From Nitrospirota bacterium (GTDB taxonomy: Bacteria; Nitrospirota; UBA9217): a stretch of DNA of 64,000 nt. Under the pieces are notes generated by a model, which was not told the origin of the DNA, ran no database searches, and worked only from the letters and a program-made list of their open reading frames with translations. Location: positions 224,001 to 288,000 of the forward strand of contig CAVVUN010000009.1 in assembly GCA_963751455.1 (NCBI GenBank), in the 5' to 3' direction. Positions within the stretch are counted from its first letter, which is position 1. Every line of letters begins with the position of its first letter. Positions 10,934 through 23,955 of this stretch are shown here, one piece after another. The position numbers and the translations under genes were made by a program.

Positions 10934-10962
10934 TTGACATTCATAGAGGGTATTCATATTAT
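10934..10962 (+). promoter_or_regulatory. Sigma70-type promoter of the mntA-hepT operon
   Basis: TTGACA(10934)-N17-TATTAT(10957). Confidence 0.7.
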
Positions 10963-10968
10963 TGGAGT

Positions 10969-11373
10969 ATGACGAACCGCACATCTATAAAAGATTTCTG
11001 TGAAAAAACAGGTATCGAACTTCTTGTCCTTTTCGGGTCAGCGGCCAAAGGGACTGAACGAGAGGGAAGCGACATCGATCTCGCGGTAAAAATGAAGACG
11101 GACCGGGAAATCGACAAGCTCGACCTGATTTTTCATCTGGGCGGAATATTTGGCGACCGTGAAATTGATCTGGTCGTCCTGACCCTTGACACTGATCCCG
11201 TGCTGCTATTCGAGATCTTTTCGCAAGGGAAACCTCTGTATGAAGCACAGCAGGGAATCTTTGAAAATGATCAGCTGCGCGCGTTCAAGCTCTATTACGA
11301 CACCGAAAAGATCCGCCGATTCCAATCGGAATATCTAAGGAAATTCGCCGCAGGAGCCCGGAATGTCGCCTGA
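10969..11373 (+). CDS. mntA: MNT nucleotidyltransferase antitoxin (type VII TA)
   Basis: LFGSAAKG...SDIDLAV...EIDLVVL. Confidence 0.88.
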   Translation: MTNRTSIKDFCEKTGIELLVLFGSAAKGTEREGSDIDLAVKMKTDREIDKLDLIFHLGGIFGDREIDLVVLTLDTDPVLLFEIFSQGKPLYEAQQGIFENDQLRAFKLYYDTEKIRRFQSEYLRKFAAGARNVA

Positions 11374-11761
11374 AGTGGTGAAGCGAAAACTTACGGCATT
11401 AGCCACTTACCTGCAGGACCTTCGGCGTCACGAAAGAATGACGTTCGACCAGTTTATGGTCCGACACTACGAAATAGAGCGGATTCTGGAACTCATAGTG
11501 ATGACGGCAAGTGATATTGTTCTCCACCTCATCTCTTCTCGTGGAGAACCGGCGCCCGGGTCTTACAGGGCCGCATTTCTCACAGCCGGGGAACTCAAGA
11601 TCATAAGTACCGATCTGAGCAGAAAATTGGCTTTGAGCGCGGGCTTGCGCAATATCCTAGTTCACGAGTACGAGGAAATCGATTACTCGATCCTGCATAA
11701 GAGCATTCCCGCCGCGCTGAGGGATTTTTCTGCATTCATTGATGAACTTTCAAGGCAATAG
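11363..11761 (+). CDS. hepT: HEPN/DUF86 ribonuclease toxin
   Basis: GLRNILVHEY (RX4HXY) motif; overlaps the end of mntA. Confidence 0.88.
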   Translation: MSPEVVKRKLTALATYLQDLRRHERMTFDQFMVRHYEIERILELIVMTASDIVLHLISSRGEPAPGSYRAAFLTAGELKIISTDLSRKLALSAGLRNILVHEYEEIDYSILHKSIPAALRDFSAFIDELSRQ

Positions 11762-11786
11762 CCCGTTTTGGGGACATCCCTTCTAA

Positions 11787-11966
11787 TGCAAAGTGCTCGG
11801 ATTACAGTTTGTGACAGCAGTACACTTTTTGCTCCATTTGGCATCTCAGAGTAAATTGTCACCCGAATTAGCACAGGAAAAACTAACCAAGCTGGTCCAG
11901 TATGGAAGATACAATAAGAGGATCATCGAGGATGCGATGAAACGTTTAAAAGAAGGGAGAAAATAG
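11787..11966 (+). pseudogene. C-terminal remnant of a PIN/DUF3368-like toxin (not in ORF track)
   Basis: Manual translation CKVLGLQFVTAVHFLLHLASQSKLSPELAQEKLTKLVQYGRYNKRIIEDAMKRLKEGRK*; stop is 1 nt before the UPF0175 start. Confidence 0.55.
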
Positions 11967-11967
11967 C

Positions 11968-12255
11968 ATGGGGGTCATAAGCTTACGGCTTGAGAATTCG
12001 GAATTAAAACGTATCGACGACCTTTCAAGCGAAGAGAACAAGGGGCGGTCAACGGTTGCCCGGGAGCTTATACAGCAGGGCTGGCAGTTCCGGATGCTCA
12101 AACAGTATCGGGACGGCAAGTTGTCTTTGACGAGCCTGGCAAAGAACCTGGATATCTCAGTCAGCGAGACAATCGATATGCTTGCTGAGTTTGGAATAGA
12201 AGCGCCTGTTGAATATGAAGATTATCTCAAGGGCTTTGAAGTGTTGAAGGGCTAA
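11968..12255 (+). CDS. UPF0175-family putative antitoxin
   Basis: RHH-like N-terminus and YRDGKLSLTSLAKNLDIS...EDY. Confidence 0.75.
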   Translation: MGVISLRLENSELKRIDDLSSEENKGRSTVARELIQQGWQFRMLKQYRDGKLSLTSLAKNLDISVSETIDMLAEFGIEAPVEYEDYLKGFEVLKG

Positions 12256-12431
12256 ACTCTTTAGCGTTTCTCGCCAAATGCATCAATCCTGTCTGAACGA
12301 CGTCCCGATAAAAGCATTCGGGGATGACAAGTAACTATATAATTTCGCACCGAGTTCAAGCCCGGAGTTTATCAAATCTTTTTCTTTCCCTCGACAAATC
12401 TCGCAAAATAATCTAATATAATCGAGAACCT

Positions 12432-14991
12432 ATGGACGATCTTAAAGCTATTCTTGAAAGAATCAGGAAGCCGCTTGCGTTTGCGAGCAGGGACGGGTTT
12501 GCCCATTTGGGAAGCTTGGCGGCCCTTGAACCTTTCATGGTGAAACAGGTCCAGGATCTGAAAGCTATCACAAAGGGGAATAGGCTTGTTCCTGAACTTG
12601 AAAAGCTGTTCGCAGGGTTCGACAGTCTGAGTCTGAAGGAGAAGAAGGAGCGGATCAAGGAAGCTTCAAAGGTGATGGATTTGCTTGGTCAGGAGCAAGA
12701 ACATGCACCTTCAGTCAGAAATTGCCCCTCACCCCAACCCTCTCCCTCAAAGGGAGAGGAGGAAGAGGGAGAAGCAGAGTGGAAAGGTATCAGTTTCTTC
12801 GAAAAAGACTAAAACCACCCCTCACCCTATGCCTCTCCCCAAGGGGAGAGGGAATGTAGAATAGGGGAGAGGGAGCAGTGCCCATCTCAATCTAGACACT
12901 CCTGTCCAGTACGTAAAGGGCATCGGGCCGAAGCGGGCGGAATTGCTGAAGAAGGTCGGGATCTCGACCGTGGATGATGCTCTTACCTATCTTCCCTGGA
13001 GATACGAGGACCGGGGAAACTTGAAGAAGATCGGCCGGGTCAGCATAGGTACCTATGAAACCGTAATGGGAGACGTGGTATCCGCGGAAGTGGTCGAGAC
13101 GAAGCGCAGGTGGGTCAAGGTTTTCGAACTTGTGATCAGGGACCAGAGCGGGATGCTCGTCGGTTCCTGGTTCAACCAGCCGTTCATGAAAAAGGCGTTT
13201 AAAACCGGCCAGAAGGTGATCCTTTCCGGAATTGTTAAATCCAACCCATACCGCAGCGGCCTTCCGCAGATCGATAACCCGGACTACGAGATCATGGACG
13301 AGAACGAACAGGACAACCTGATACATACCGGGAGGATCGTTCCGATCTACAGGACAACATCCGGACTTTCCGTTCGATACCTCCGCAGCATGATGAAGAC
13401 AATTCTCGATTCCTCTGCTGAAGCAATGACGGAGTGTCTGCCTGATGACATTATAAAAAAATACTCTCTCATGCCCCGAGCAGAAGCTTTGTCTGAAGTG
13501 CATTTTCCGGACAAAGAAAAAGACATTTCGATTCTGAACAGGGGTACAAGCGCTGCCAACAGGCGACTGAGCTTTGAGGAATTATTCTCGCTCGAACTCG
13601 GCCTCGCACTTAAAAAACGTGGCGTTGCTGTAGAAAAGAAGGGTATTTCGTTCAAAAATGTCGGGGACATGGAGGCGAAGCTTCGCAAAGACCTGCCCTT
13701 TTCGCTCACAAAAGCACAGGAACGGGTGATAGCGGAAATCAAGCATGATATGACTGCAGAGCGGCCGATGAACCGGCTCGTTCAGGGGGACGTGGGGAGC
13801 GGAAAGACCATGGTGGCGTTGGTTGCCGCGCTCATGGCTGTGGAGAACGGATACCAGGCCTGCATCATGGCGCCAACCGAGATCCTTGCGGAACAGCACT
13901 TTAAGAACATCACAGCTTTGGCCTTATCACTCGGCATCCAGGTGCGGTCGCTGACCGGCCGCATGAAGAAAAAAGAAAAGGATACACTGCATTGCCGAGA
14001 TAGAGTCGGGAATTGCCCAGATCGTGGTCGGCACACATGCGCTTATCGAACAGCAGGTAAAATTTCATCGTCTTGGCCTTGCTGTCATAGACGAGCAGCA
14101 CCGATTCGGGGTGATGCAGCGCTCAACGCTTGACCTCAAAGGGATATGAGCCGGACGTACTCATCATGACCGCGACCCCGATTCCGCGCACTCTTGCGCT
14201 TACGGTGTACGGGGACCTCGACGTATCCGTTATCGACGAGATGCCGCCTGGCCGGAGCCCCATCATAACAAGGCTTTATTTTGAAAACAGGCGCGCGGAA
14301 GCGTACACTTTCATAGATAATGAAATCAAAAAGGGGCGGCAGGCATATGTGGTTTACCCGCTTGTCGAGGAGACCGAAAAGTCCGACCTCAAGGCAGCTA
14401 CCGAGATGGCAGCGCATCTCCAGAAGGACATATTTCCCGAAATGGAAGGTCGGGCTCCTGCACGGCAGGATGAAATCAATTGAGAAGGAATCGGCGATGG
14501 CTGCGTTCAAGGCCGGAGAGACCTATATCCTGGTATCGACGACCGTGATCGAGGTCGGCGTGGACGTGCAGAACGCTACTGTCATGGTTATCGAGCATCC
14601 GGAGCGCTTCGGACTGGCACAGCTTCACCAGCTTCGCGGCAGGGTCGGAAGGGGCGGGCATCAGTCCTATTGCATTCTGATGGGTCCGCGCATGTTTGCC
14701 GAAGAAGCCAAAGAGCGGCTGAACGCTTTTGTCCGTACGATTGACGGCTTCAAAATCGCCGAGGAAGACTTGCGGCTCCGCGGGCCCGGTGAGTTCTTCG
14801 GAACGCGCCAGTCAGGCTTGCCTGATCTGCGCGCTGCAAACATTATCCGGGACGCAGACCTGCTCGAAAAGGCCAGGTTCGAGGCGTTCGAATTGGTGCA
14901 GCGCGAGCCGGAGCTTTCAGGCTATCCGGAGGTCCGGGAACTGCTTCGCAGAAAGTGGCAGGGGAGGTTGGGGCTCATAAGCGTCGGTTGA
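12432..14991 (+). CDS. recG: ATP-dependent DNA helicase RecG with N-terminal extension (3 or more frameshifts, probably sequencing errors)
   Basis: VKGIGPKR, LPWRYEDR, QGDVGSGKT, MTATPIPRTL, ERFGLAQLHQLRGRVGRG, DLRLRGPGEFFGTRQSG, spread over ORFs 12432, 12943, 14130 and 14320. Confidence 0.93.
12725..12852 (+). repeat. Two REP-like palindromes CCCTCACCC...CCTCTCCC-n-GGGAGAGG (12725-12759 and 12818-12852); third copy at 23912-23943
   Basis: Hairpin motif read directly; both copies lie within the RecG interdomain linker. Confidence 0.8.
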
Positions 14992-15045
14992 TATTTTCGA
15001 GCTATTCTGATAAAGTAGATGTTTGAAACAGGGAGTAGAAATCGG

Positions 15046-15098
15046 GAGTCAGAAGTCAGGAGTCAGAAGTAAGTGAAAGTCAGAAGTAAGAAGTAGAA
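15046..15098 (+). repeat. Degenerate heptamer tandem repeat (AGTCAGA-like)
   Basis: gagtcagaagtcaggagtcagaagtaagtgaaagtcagaagtaagaag. Confidence 0.75.
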
Positions 15099-15116
15099 GC
15101 GGGAGATAAACGAGAA

Positions 15117-15482
15117 ATGAACATCTGGGAAAAAGCGGTCCTGAACATGCAAAGGGGAACGAAAAAAGTCGCCGTAGCTGCAGCCATATTTTCCGATCGG
15201 GTGAAGGCCGAGATTGACATTGCCCGGCTCAGGATCAGAATGGATGACATCGATTCCATCATCAATGAGCAATACCGCGTTATCGGCAGGAGGATCGCGG
15301 ATTTCAGGAAGCGGTCAGAGCTCCCGAAGACGACCGAGCAGCTTATGAAAGACGAACCAATCGTCCTGGCATTCTCGGAAATTGAAGCGCGGGAAAAAGA
15401 CAAAGTCGAGCTCCAGGCTGAAATCGAGAACCGTGTCGCCGAGTTCAAGCCCGTAAAGAAGACGGAGGATAAGCATCCATGA
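15117..15482 (+). CDS. Hypothetical coiled-coil protein
   Basis: 121-aa ORF with ATGA coupling to pilD. Confidence 0.7.
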   Translation: MNIWEKAVLNMQRGTKKVAVAAAIFSDRVKAEIDIARLRIRMDDIDSIINEQYRVIGRRIADFRKRSELPKTTEQLMKDEPIVLAFSEIEAREKDKVELQAEIENRVAEFKPVKKTEDKHP

Positions 15483-16306
15483 TAACGATCAGCGTCCTCC
15501 TCTTCGGCCTTGTTGTCGGAAGCTTTTTGAATGTCTGTATAGTGCGCCTGCCCCGCGGACGTTCCATCGTTCACCCTCCGTCACATTGCCCGAGATGCAG
15601 GGAGAGGATAAAAGTCTACGACAATATACCCATCATAAGCTATTTGCTGCTGCGCGGCAGATGCAGGAGCTGCGGAGAGCCGATCTCGCTGCGCTATCCG
15701 CTCGTTGAAGTTGTGAACGCCTCGTTCTATGTCTGGATCGTCAGCGAGTTCGGGCTGGGCGGAGAAGCGTTCCTGATGATGGTGTTCTGTTCCTCGCTCA
15801 TCGTGATAACCTTTATCGATTTCGATTACCAGATAATCCCGGACATAATCACCCTCCCGGGAATTCTCGTCGGGGTTTCGGCAGCTCCTTTTTTCATGTC
15901 AGCGCTCACCGAATCTCTCCCTTTCCGTCTTGGAGAGCTCATGCCCCATGCCGGGCTCTATCTGACCAGTTTTCTCAACTCGGTGATCGGCATGTTGATC
16001 GGCGCCCTGCCCCTTCTCATTATCGGATGGGCGTGGGAAAAGCTTCGGCATATCGAAGCAATGGGCGGCGGGGACATTAAATTGATGGGCATGGTCGGCT
16101 CTTTCCTCGGCTGGAAAGGCGCGCTCCTCACTATCATGCTGGGAGCGCTGACGGGCTCGGCTGTCGGCCTCAGTCTTATTCTGCTGAAACGCCAAACCAT
16201 GGAAAAAGTAATTCCTTTCGGTCCCTTTCTCGCTCTGGGAGCTGTCGCAACCGCTTTTTACGGACCCGATATCATTTCCTGGTACCTGGGTCTGCTCCGC
16301 ATATGA
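15479..16306 (+). CDS. pilD: Prepilin peptidase / N-methyltransferase
   Basis: GSFLNVCIVRLP, SHCPRC, CRSC, MGGGDIKL, IPFGPFL. Confidence 0.95.
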   Translation: MITISVLLFGLVVGSFLNVCIVRLPRGRSIVHPPSHCPRCRERIKVYDNIPIISYLLLRGRCRSCGEPISLRYPLVEVVNASFYVWIVSEFGLGGEAFLMMVFCSSLIVITFIDFDYQIIPDIITLPGILVGVSAAPFFMSALTESLPFRLGELMPHAGLYLTSFLNSVIGMLIGALPLLIIGWAWEKLRHIEAMGGGDIKLMGMVGSFLGWKGALLTIMLGALTGSAVGLSLILLKRQTMEKVIPFGPFLALGAVATAFYGPDIISWYLGLLRI

Positions 16307-17567
16307 CCCTCAACCCGACCTCGATACTACTGCTCACTCTGCTTATCGTGCTGTTTGGCACGGCGCTGCTTTGGGGTTTCGTGCGTCGGTATCGCCGGGA
16401 ATTGGGGATCGAGAAGGAAGAACGGAAAAAGACGCAAGACTCCGCTTTTATCATCAATGCCTTTCATGACGTCACCAAACAGCTCAAGGAAAAGGAAAAG
16501 GAGCTTGAGCGGCTCAAATCGCTCGCTGAACAGCGTGCCGAAAACGTAACAAGCTACAACGAGAACATACTGCAGTGCGTTACGAGCGGCGTTATGACAT
16601 TCGACATAAACTGTGTTCTGACTACGATAAACCGCGCAGCCGAAGAGATGCTCGGCTTCGACCATGGACAGAAAATCGGTCAGAGCTGTCGCGACCTTTT
16701 CGGCAACGGCGATATAACCGGCGCAGTGCATGAGACCATCCGGAACAAGATGCCGTCCGCGCGTCTTGAGGCAATGCTGGACCGGTCTGCAGGCAAAATG
16801 TGGCTGGGGTTCAATACGGCGCTTCTGACCGACAGCCGGGGTGAGGCACTTGGCGTCATTCTTTCATTCTCCGACTTGACCGAAGTCAAGAGGCTCCAGG
16901 AGCAGGTGGAGTTGCGGGAGCGGCTGACCGCCCTCGGGGAAATGTCGGCAGGCATCGCGCATGAGTTGAGGAATCCCATGGCGGTAATCAGCGGATACCT
17001 GAGCATTCTGGCGAAAAAATCAGAGAACCAGAAGACGCGGACGATCATACGTGACATCGGCAGCGAGATCAGCGGCATGAACCGCATCATAGACGATCTC
17101 CTTACTTTTGCGAGGCCTGCTTCCTTGAACCGGGTGCGTATTGACATCAGGGAACTGCTCGACGGGTGTATGGCCGGCGCGCTTCAGGCTACGGCGCAGG
17201 TTCGCGCATCACAGCGACAATCAATACCGAAAAACACGAGCTATTCGTCGACGAAGTGCTGATGCGCCAGGCATTTACGAACCTGTTCCAGAACGCAATC
17301 GAGGCCATTCCCGATACCGGCGCCATAACCGTTGACGTGAGAAGCGGCAGGCAGATGAAGATAGCCATCCGCGATACAGGCTCCGGCATTCCAGCCGATA
17401 AAATCAAGATGATATTCGTTCCTTTTTTTACCACGAAGGACAAGGGCGTGGGGCTTGGCCTGGCCCTGGTCCATAAGATCATCCTGTCGCACGGAGGAAG
17501 AATCGAAGCGGAGAGCATGGAGGGAAGGGGAACGACATTTACCGTAACGATGCCGAAAGGTAATTAG
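16303..17567 (+). CDS. PAS sensor histidine kinase (PilS/NtrB-like; one frameshift near 17190)
   Basis: TM, PAS, AHELRNPM, NLFQNAIEA, DTGSGI, PFFTTK..GVGLGL. Confidence 0.88.
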
Positions 17568-17833
17568 AAATAAAGCCAGGGAACGCCCTATCCGCAGATT
17601 TCGTACCCTGCTGTTGCCAAAACGCGGGCACAAGCAGATAGGCGCAGATTTTAACACCGGATTCATCTGTGAAATCCGTCAATCGGCGTAACGTTAACAA
17701 AGAAGAATCGGAATATAATTCAAGAAATCACATTGATGAGCAAATATTACGGATGGTCATAGATTTTAAAACAAATATTTGATCGGGTTAATCTTTGAAA
17801 TCTGTGTAATCTGCGGATAAATATAAAATACCT

Positions 17834-19216
17834 ATGGACACTATTCTCGTAATAGAAGACAAAGAGAGCATGCTCGACATGCTGAAGCAGACACTCGAAG
17901 CGGAAGGCTACCGGGTGATACCTGCCAAAGACGGCGCTGAGGGGATTAAGAAACTTTCCGACGAACGGATAGGCGTGGTTCTAACGGATCTCAAGCTGCC
18001 GAAGAAAGACGGATTCGAGGTGCTGAAGGCGGTCATGGAGGACAATCCGCTGCTGCCGGTGATCGTCATGACCGCATTCGGGACTATCGAGACCGCGGTC
18101 AAGGCCGTCAAGCAGGGGGCATACGATTTTCTGACCAAGCCGTTTGATACCGATCATCTGCTTGTTCTTATAAAGCGGGCACTCGACGGAAGCAGGATAG
18201 CCACGGAAAATATTCTTTTAAAGGATGAGTTTGCCGACAGGATAGGATTACCCAGGATAATAGGCAAAAGCGCGCAGCTCCAGGAAATTACGGCAAAACT
18301 GCAGAAGGTCGCGCCCACGACCGCAACCGTGATGGTTCACGGCGACAGCGGAACGGGCAAGGAACTGTTCGCGCGTGCCATCCATTATCTCAGTCCCCGG
18401 AAGGATTCTCCTTTCGTTGCGATCAACTCCGCGGCTATTCCGCGCGAACTGCTTGAGAGCGAACTCTTCGGCTATGAACGGGGCGCTTTTACCGGCGCGG
18501 ATGCCCGGAAGCTCGGGAAGCTGGAGCTTGCCGACAAGGGTACCGTGTTCCTGGATGAGATCGGCGATATGGACATGGCGCTTCAGGCCAAGCTGCTTCG
18601 GGTTCTCCAGGAACAGGTTATCGAGCGGGTCGGCGGCGGCAAGCCCATAAAGATAGACGTACGGGTCATTGCAGCCACGAACAAGGACCTGGATAAGGCG
18701 GTTGCGGCGAAGCTGTTCCGCGAAGACCTGTTCTATCGCTTGAATGTATTTCCGATAACCATCCCGCCGCTCCGGGATCGCCGGGACGACATCCCGGCGC
18801 TTGCGCAGCACTTCCTGAGTAAATATTCAAAAGAAGTACGGAAAGGACCTCTTTCGTTCTCTGACGAGGCCATGGATATCCTGATGAAATCACCCTGGAG
18901 AGGAAACGTCAGAGAACTTGAGAACGTGATTGAACGTTCGGTGATCTATTCCGAAGGGGGGGTTATCCGAGCCCAGGACCTGGGTATCAGCGAGTCGAGC
19001 ATCATAGATTCTCTGGCGGAAAACGTTCCGATGGACGGCCCGCTGCATGCCGTGGCCGAGGCGGCTACCCGAATCGCCGAATCACGGCGCATACGGCAGG
19101 TCATGAAACAGACGGGCGGGAACAAGTCACGCGCTGCCGAGGTACTGCAGGTAAGCTATAAGACGCTCCTCACCAAGATCAAGGATTATCAGTTGGAAGA
19201 GAAGAGCGAGGAGTAG
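17834..19216 (+). CDS. Sigma54-dependent response regulator (PilR/NtrC family)
   Basis: REC domain, GDSGTGKE, GAFTGA, FLDEIG, WRGNVRELEN, Fis-type HTH. Confidence 0.95.
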   Translation: MDTILVIEDKESMLDMLKQTLEAEGYRVIPAKDGAEGIKKLSDERIGVVLTDLKLPKKDGFEVLKAVMEDNPLLPVIVMTAFGTIETAVKAVKQGAYDFLTKPFDTDHLLVLIKRALDGSRIATENILLKDEFADRIGLPRIIGKSAQLQEITAKLQKVAPTTATVMVHGDSGTGKELFARAIHYLSPRKDSPFVAINSAAIPRELLESELFGYERGAFTGADARKLGKLELADKGTVFLDEIGDMDMALQAKLLRVLQEQVIERVGGGKPIKIDVRVIAATNKDLDKAVAAKLFREDLFYRLNVFPITIPPLRDRRDDIPALAQHFLSKYSKEVRKGPLSFSDEAMDILMKSPWRGNVRELENVIERSVIYSEGGVIRAQDLGISESSIIDSLAENVPMDGPLHAVAEAATRIAESRRIRQVMKQTGGNKSRAAEVLQVSYKTLLTKIKDYQLEEKSEE

Positions 19217-19252
19217 GTCTCAAGATAATCTGAACATGTTTTATAAAATCTC

Positions 19253-20539
19253 TGTGCAACATGCACATGGGTTACATTTTAACCTGTGGACATGGGTTAC
19301 ACTTTTTTTAACTTAGGTTCCACTTTTCCGAGCTTGACGTCGAGTATGCCGATAGGATGGAAACCGAAGCGAATTTCGTATTTTCCATCGGCAGTCTCGA
19401 TGAGGCCGACTCTCGCTCCGGCCAGGAGCTCGGAGATGAAGTAGTAAGTTCTGTTAAACCGGATCTCGCCGTGAAGGCGGATCTTGCGGACCTTGATGCC
19501 ATGATCGTACTCAGGTTCGCGGAGTTTTTCCGGGAACCTCCTGGGTGATGGTTCGTAAACGCTCGCGGGTGTCTTTTTATTGAGCGCCTCATGCGGGCGG
19601 TCGTAATTGTACTCGTGCCGGAACTCATCAAACCGGATTTGCTGCCGGTTCATGTCCGACTCGGGCGGCTTGGTCGTATCCTGTTTCAGGGTTCGGTGCA
19701 TCCGCTCATGGCGCCCGTTCTGCTGGGGCTTGCCGGATTCTATCCGTTCCGGCCTGATACCGAGTTTGATGAGCCATACCGACAATCGGCTGAGGCCCGT
19801 TACCCCGCGTCCGGCAAACGGCGTCCCGTTGTCGGTACGAATCGCTTCCGGCAGGCCGAACTCCCGGAACGCCCACTCGAACCAGGGCTGGGTGTCCGCA
19901 TGGCAAGGGGAATAAAGGCCCTTGCACGTAAGCAGGTAACGGCTCATGTTGTCGGTGATGGTCAAGGGATAACACCATCGGCCGTCGCCTGTCTTGAACT
20001 GGCCCTTGTAGTCTGCGCTCCAGACTTTGTTCGGTGCATCGCAGGCCAGGAACGGCTCACTGTATTTCGGCGTTTTCTTGCGCAGCCGCCGGTCCTTGAC
20101 AAGGCCGTGTCGTTTAAGCCATTTCTCGGCGGTACAGACAGAGGGCCATTTAATCTGGGGCTCGTCCCGGTTTAAGAGGTCTAACAGCTTCTCGGGACCC
20201 CAGGTCATATGCAGCAGCTTTGCTTCAACCAGACGGTTGATGATTTCCTCATCGGTCTGGTTCGGGTGAACGATTGGAGCTCGGCAGAGCTCTTTCAGGC
20301 CGTCTTGGCCGAGACTGTCGTAACGCTCGGTCCACTTATAAATTGTCTTGCGGCTTACTCCGTAGATCACCGACAGATCGGTGATACTGTAGCCGTTAAG
20401 CCAGTCGGCTATTAGCTTTAAACGCTCTTCCATGGGCTCCGTCTTTCTCCAGGGCATAGGATGATCCTCCTAGCCCTGCAGTTTAACGTGTTACCCATGT
20501 CCATAGGTTAGTTTGTTACCTATGTTAGCAGGTTGTACC
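19253..20539 (-). mobile_element. IS481-family insertion sequence
   Basis: Ends TGTGCAAC... and ...GTTGTACC, each with repeated GTTACC(C/T)ATGT-like motifs in inverted orientation, flanking the transposase. Confidence 0.85.
19297..20457 (-). CDS. IS481 transposase
   Basis: MPW...GVSRKTIYKW, WSADYKG, IRTDNGTPF, PQQNGRHERMHRTLK. Confidence 0.95.
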   Translation of the reverse strand: MPWRKTEPMEERLKLIADWLNGYSITDLSVIYGVSRKTIYKWTERYDSLGQDGLKELCRAPIVHPNQTDEEIINRLVEAKLLHMTWGPEKLLDLLNRDEPQIKWPSVCTAEKWLKRHGLVKDRRLRKKTPKYSEPFLACDAPNKVWSADYKGQFKTGDGRWCYPLTITDNMSRYLLTCKGLYSPCHADTQPWFEWAFREFGLPEAIRTDNGTPFAGRGVTGLSRLSVWLIKLGIRPERIESGKPQQNGRHERMHRTLKQDTTKPPESDMNRQQIRFDEFRHEYNYDRPHEALNKKTPASVYEPSPRRFPEKLREPEYDHGIKVRKIRLHGEIRFNRTYYFISELLAGARVGLIETADGKYEIRFGFHPIGILDVKLGKVEPKLKKV

Positions 20540-20658
20540 CTCCCCTGACCCCTCTTTGCTAAAGAGGGGAAATACCTCCCTTAGGAAAAGGGAGGTTAGG
20601 AGGGATTCTCGAAATGACGTACACGCTTTGATGATACTGTTAATCCTAAAAACGGCAG

Positions 20659-20804
20659 TTGGACGCAGATAAACGCAGAAACGGCGGATTAAATCGAAGA
20701 CTTGGATCGAAACGAAAAATCACCAAACGGGTGATGGTTTTTTATTAAGAAGATTGATTTTTTATTTATCTTTATCCGATGTTATCCGATTTTTCCGCGT
20801 CCAA
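20659..20804. repeat. Inverted-repeat element TGGACGCAGAT...CGCGTCCA; related copy at 50226-50315
   Basis: ttggacgcagataaacgcagaaacggcggattaaa (20659) matches ttggacgcagatgaacgcggaaactgccggattaaa (50226). Confidence 0.75.
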
Positions 20805-20883
20805 ATGCTCTTTCTAGGTTAATAAGTCGGACTTTAAACCCGGCCAGGCATCCTGCATGGCCTGATATTTATTATTGATATAA

Positions 20884-22939
<2,056 letters not shown>

Positions 22940-22983
22940 CACGATGCAGAAGAAAGGGTCAGCATGCATTAAGGTTTGATTCC

Positions 22984-23863
22984 ATGAAAATCGGCTTTCA
23001 CGTTTCAATTTCAGGCGGCTTTTCTCTATCGGTCCGGCGGGCATTCGAGCTGGGCTGTTCCTGCATGCAGATCTTCAGCAGAAATCCGCGGGGCTGGTCC
23101 GTCAAGCCGCTCGATGCGGCAGACATCGCCGAATTCAAAAAACTGCGTGAGCAGTTGGGACATAGGACCTGTTTTCGTTCACACGAACTATCTTATCAAT
23201 CTCGCCTCCTTTAAACCGGATTTGTACGTTAAATCCATAGAACAGTTCGTTATAGACCTTGAGCGCACGGAAGCGCTGGGTGCTGAATACGTGGTGATCC
23301 ATCTCGGTTCTGCGGGCGGAAAAGATCCGGAATGGATGATCACGCGCGTTGCGGAGGCGTTAAATATGGCGATCAAGCTTCACCCTCCCAAAGCAATGAT
23401 TCTCCTGGAAAACACGGCAGGGGAGTCCGGAGATGTCGGATATACTCTTGAGCAGATTGCCCAGGTCATCTCGGGCGTTAAATGCAACTCATGCCTCGGT
23501 ATCTGCTGGGACACGTGTCATGGTTTTGCGGCAGGCTACGATATCCGGACCAGGAAAGACGTGGATGCGCTTGCAGCTAAAATGGATGCCACAGTGGGTC
23601 TGCACCGTTTGAAGGGGATGCACTTGAACGACTGTTTGCGCGATTTCAATTCCCGCATCGACCGGCACTGGCATATCGGCGAGGGGAAAATAGGACTGGA
23701 CGGGTTTAAAGAACTGCTCAATCACCCGCTCTTTGCTGATGTGCCGAAAATCATGGAAACACCGAAGGAAACAGAAGAGGACGATCCGAGGAACATGAAG
23801 GTAGTGAAATCGTTAATCATGGAAACGAGCGCAAGGACTTCTCATCCTCAGGAGAGAAGTTAG
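22984..23863 (+). CDS. nfo: Endonuclease IV (one frameshift)
   Basis: GFHVSISGG, QIFSRNPRGW, LLENTAG, DTCHGFAAGYD, DRHWHIGEG, IMETP. Confidence 0.93.
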
Positions 23864-23955
23864 GTCTTTACCAACGGTTTCTCCCCTTCAAGAATCGGCC
23901 TGAAGACCCATCCTCACCCCGTCCCTCTCCTTGAAGGAGAGGGCAAGAAAAAGGA

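Noticed and set aside
19253-19302. Short tandem CATGGGTTACA repeats as a mini-CRISPR or iterons
   Set aside because: They are mirrored at the other IS481 end and are best explained as transposase-binding sites.
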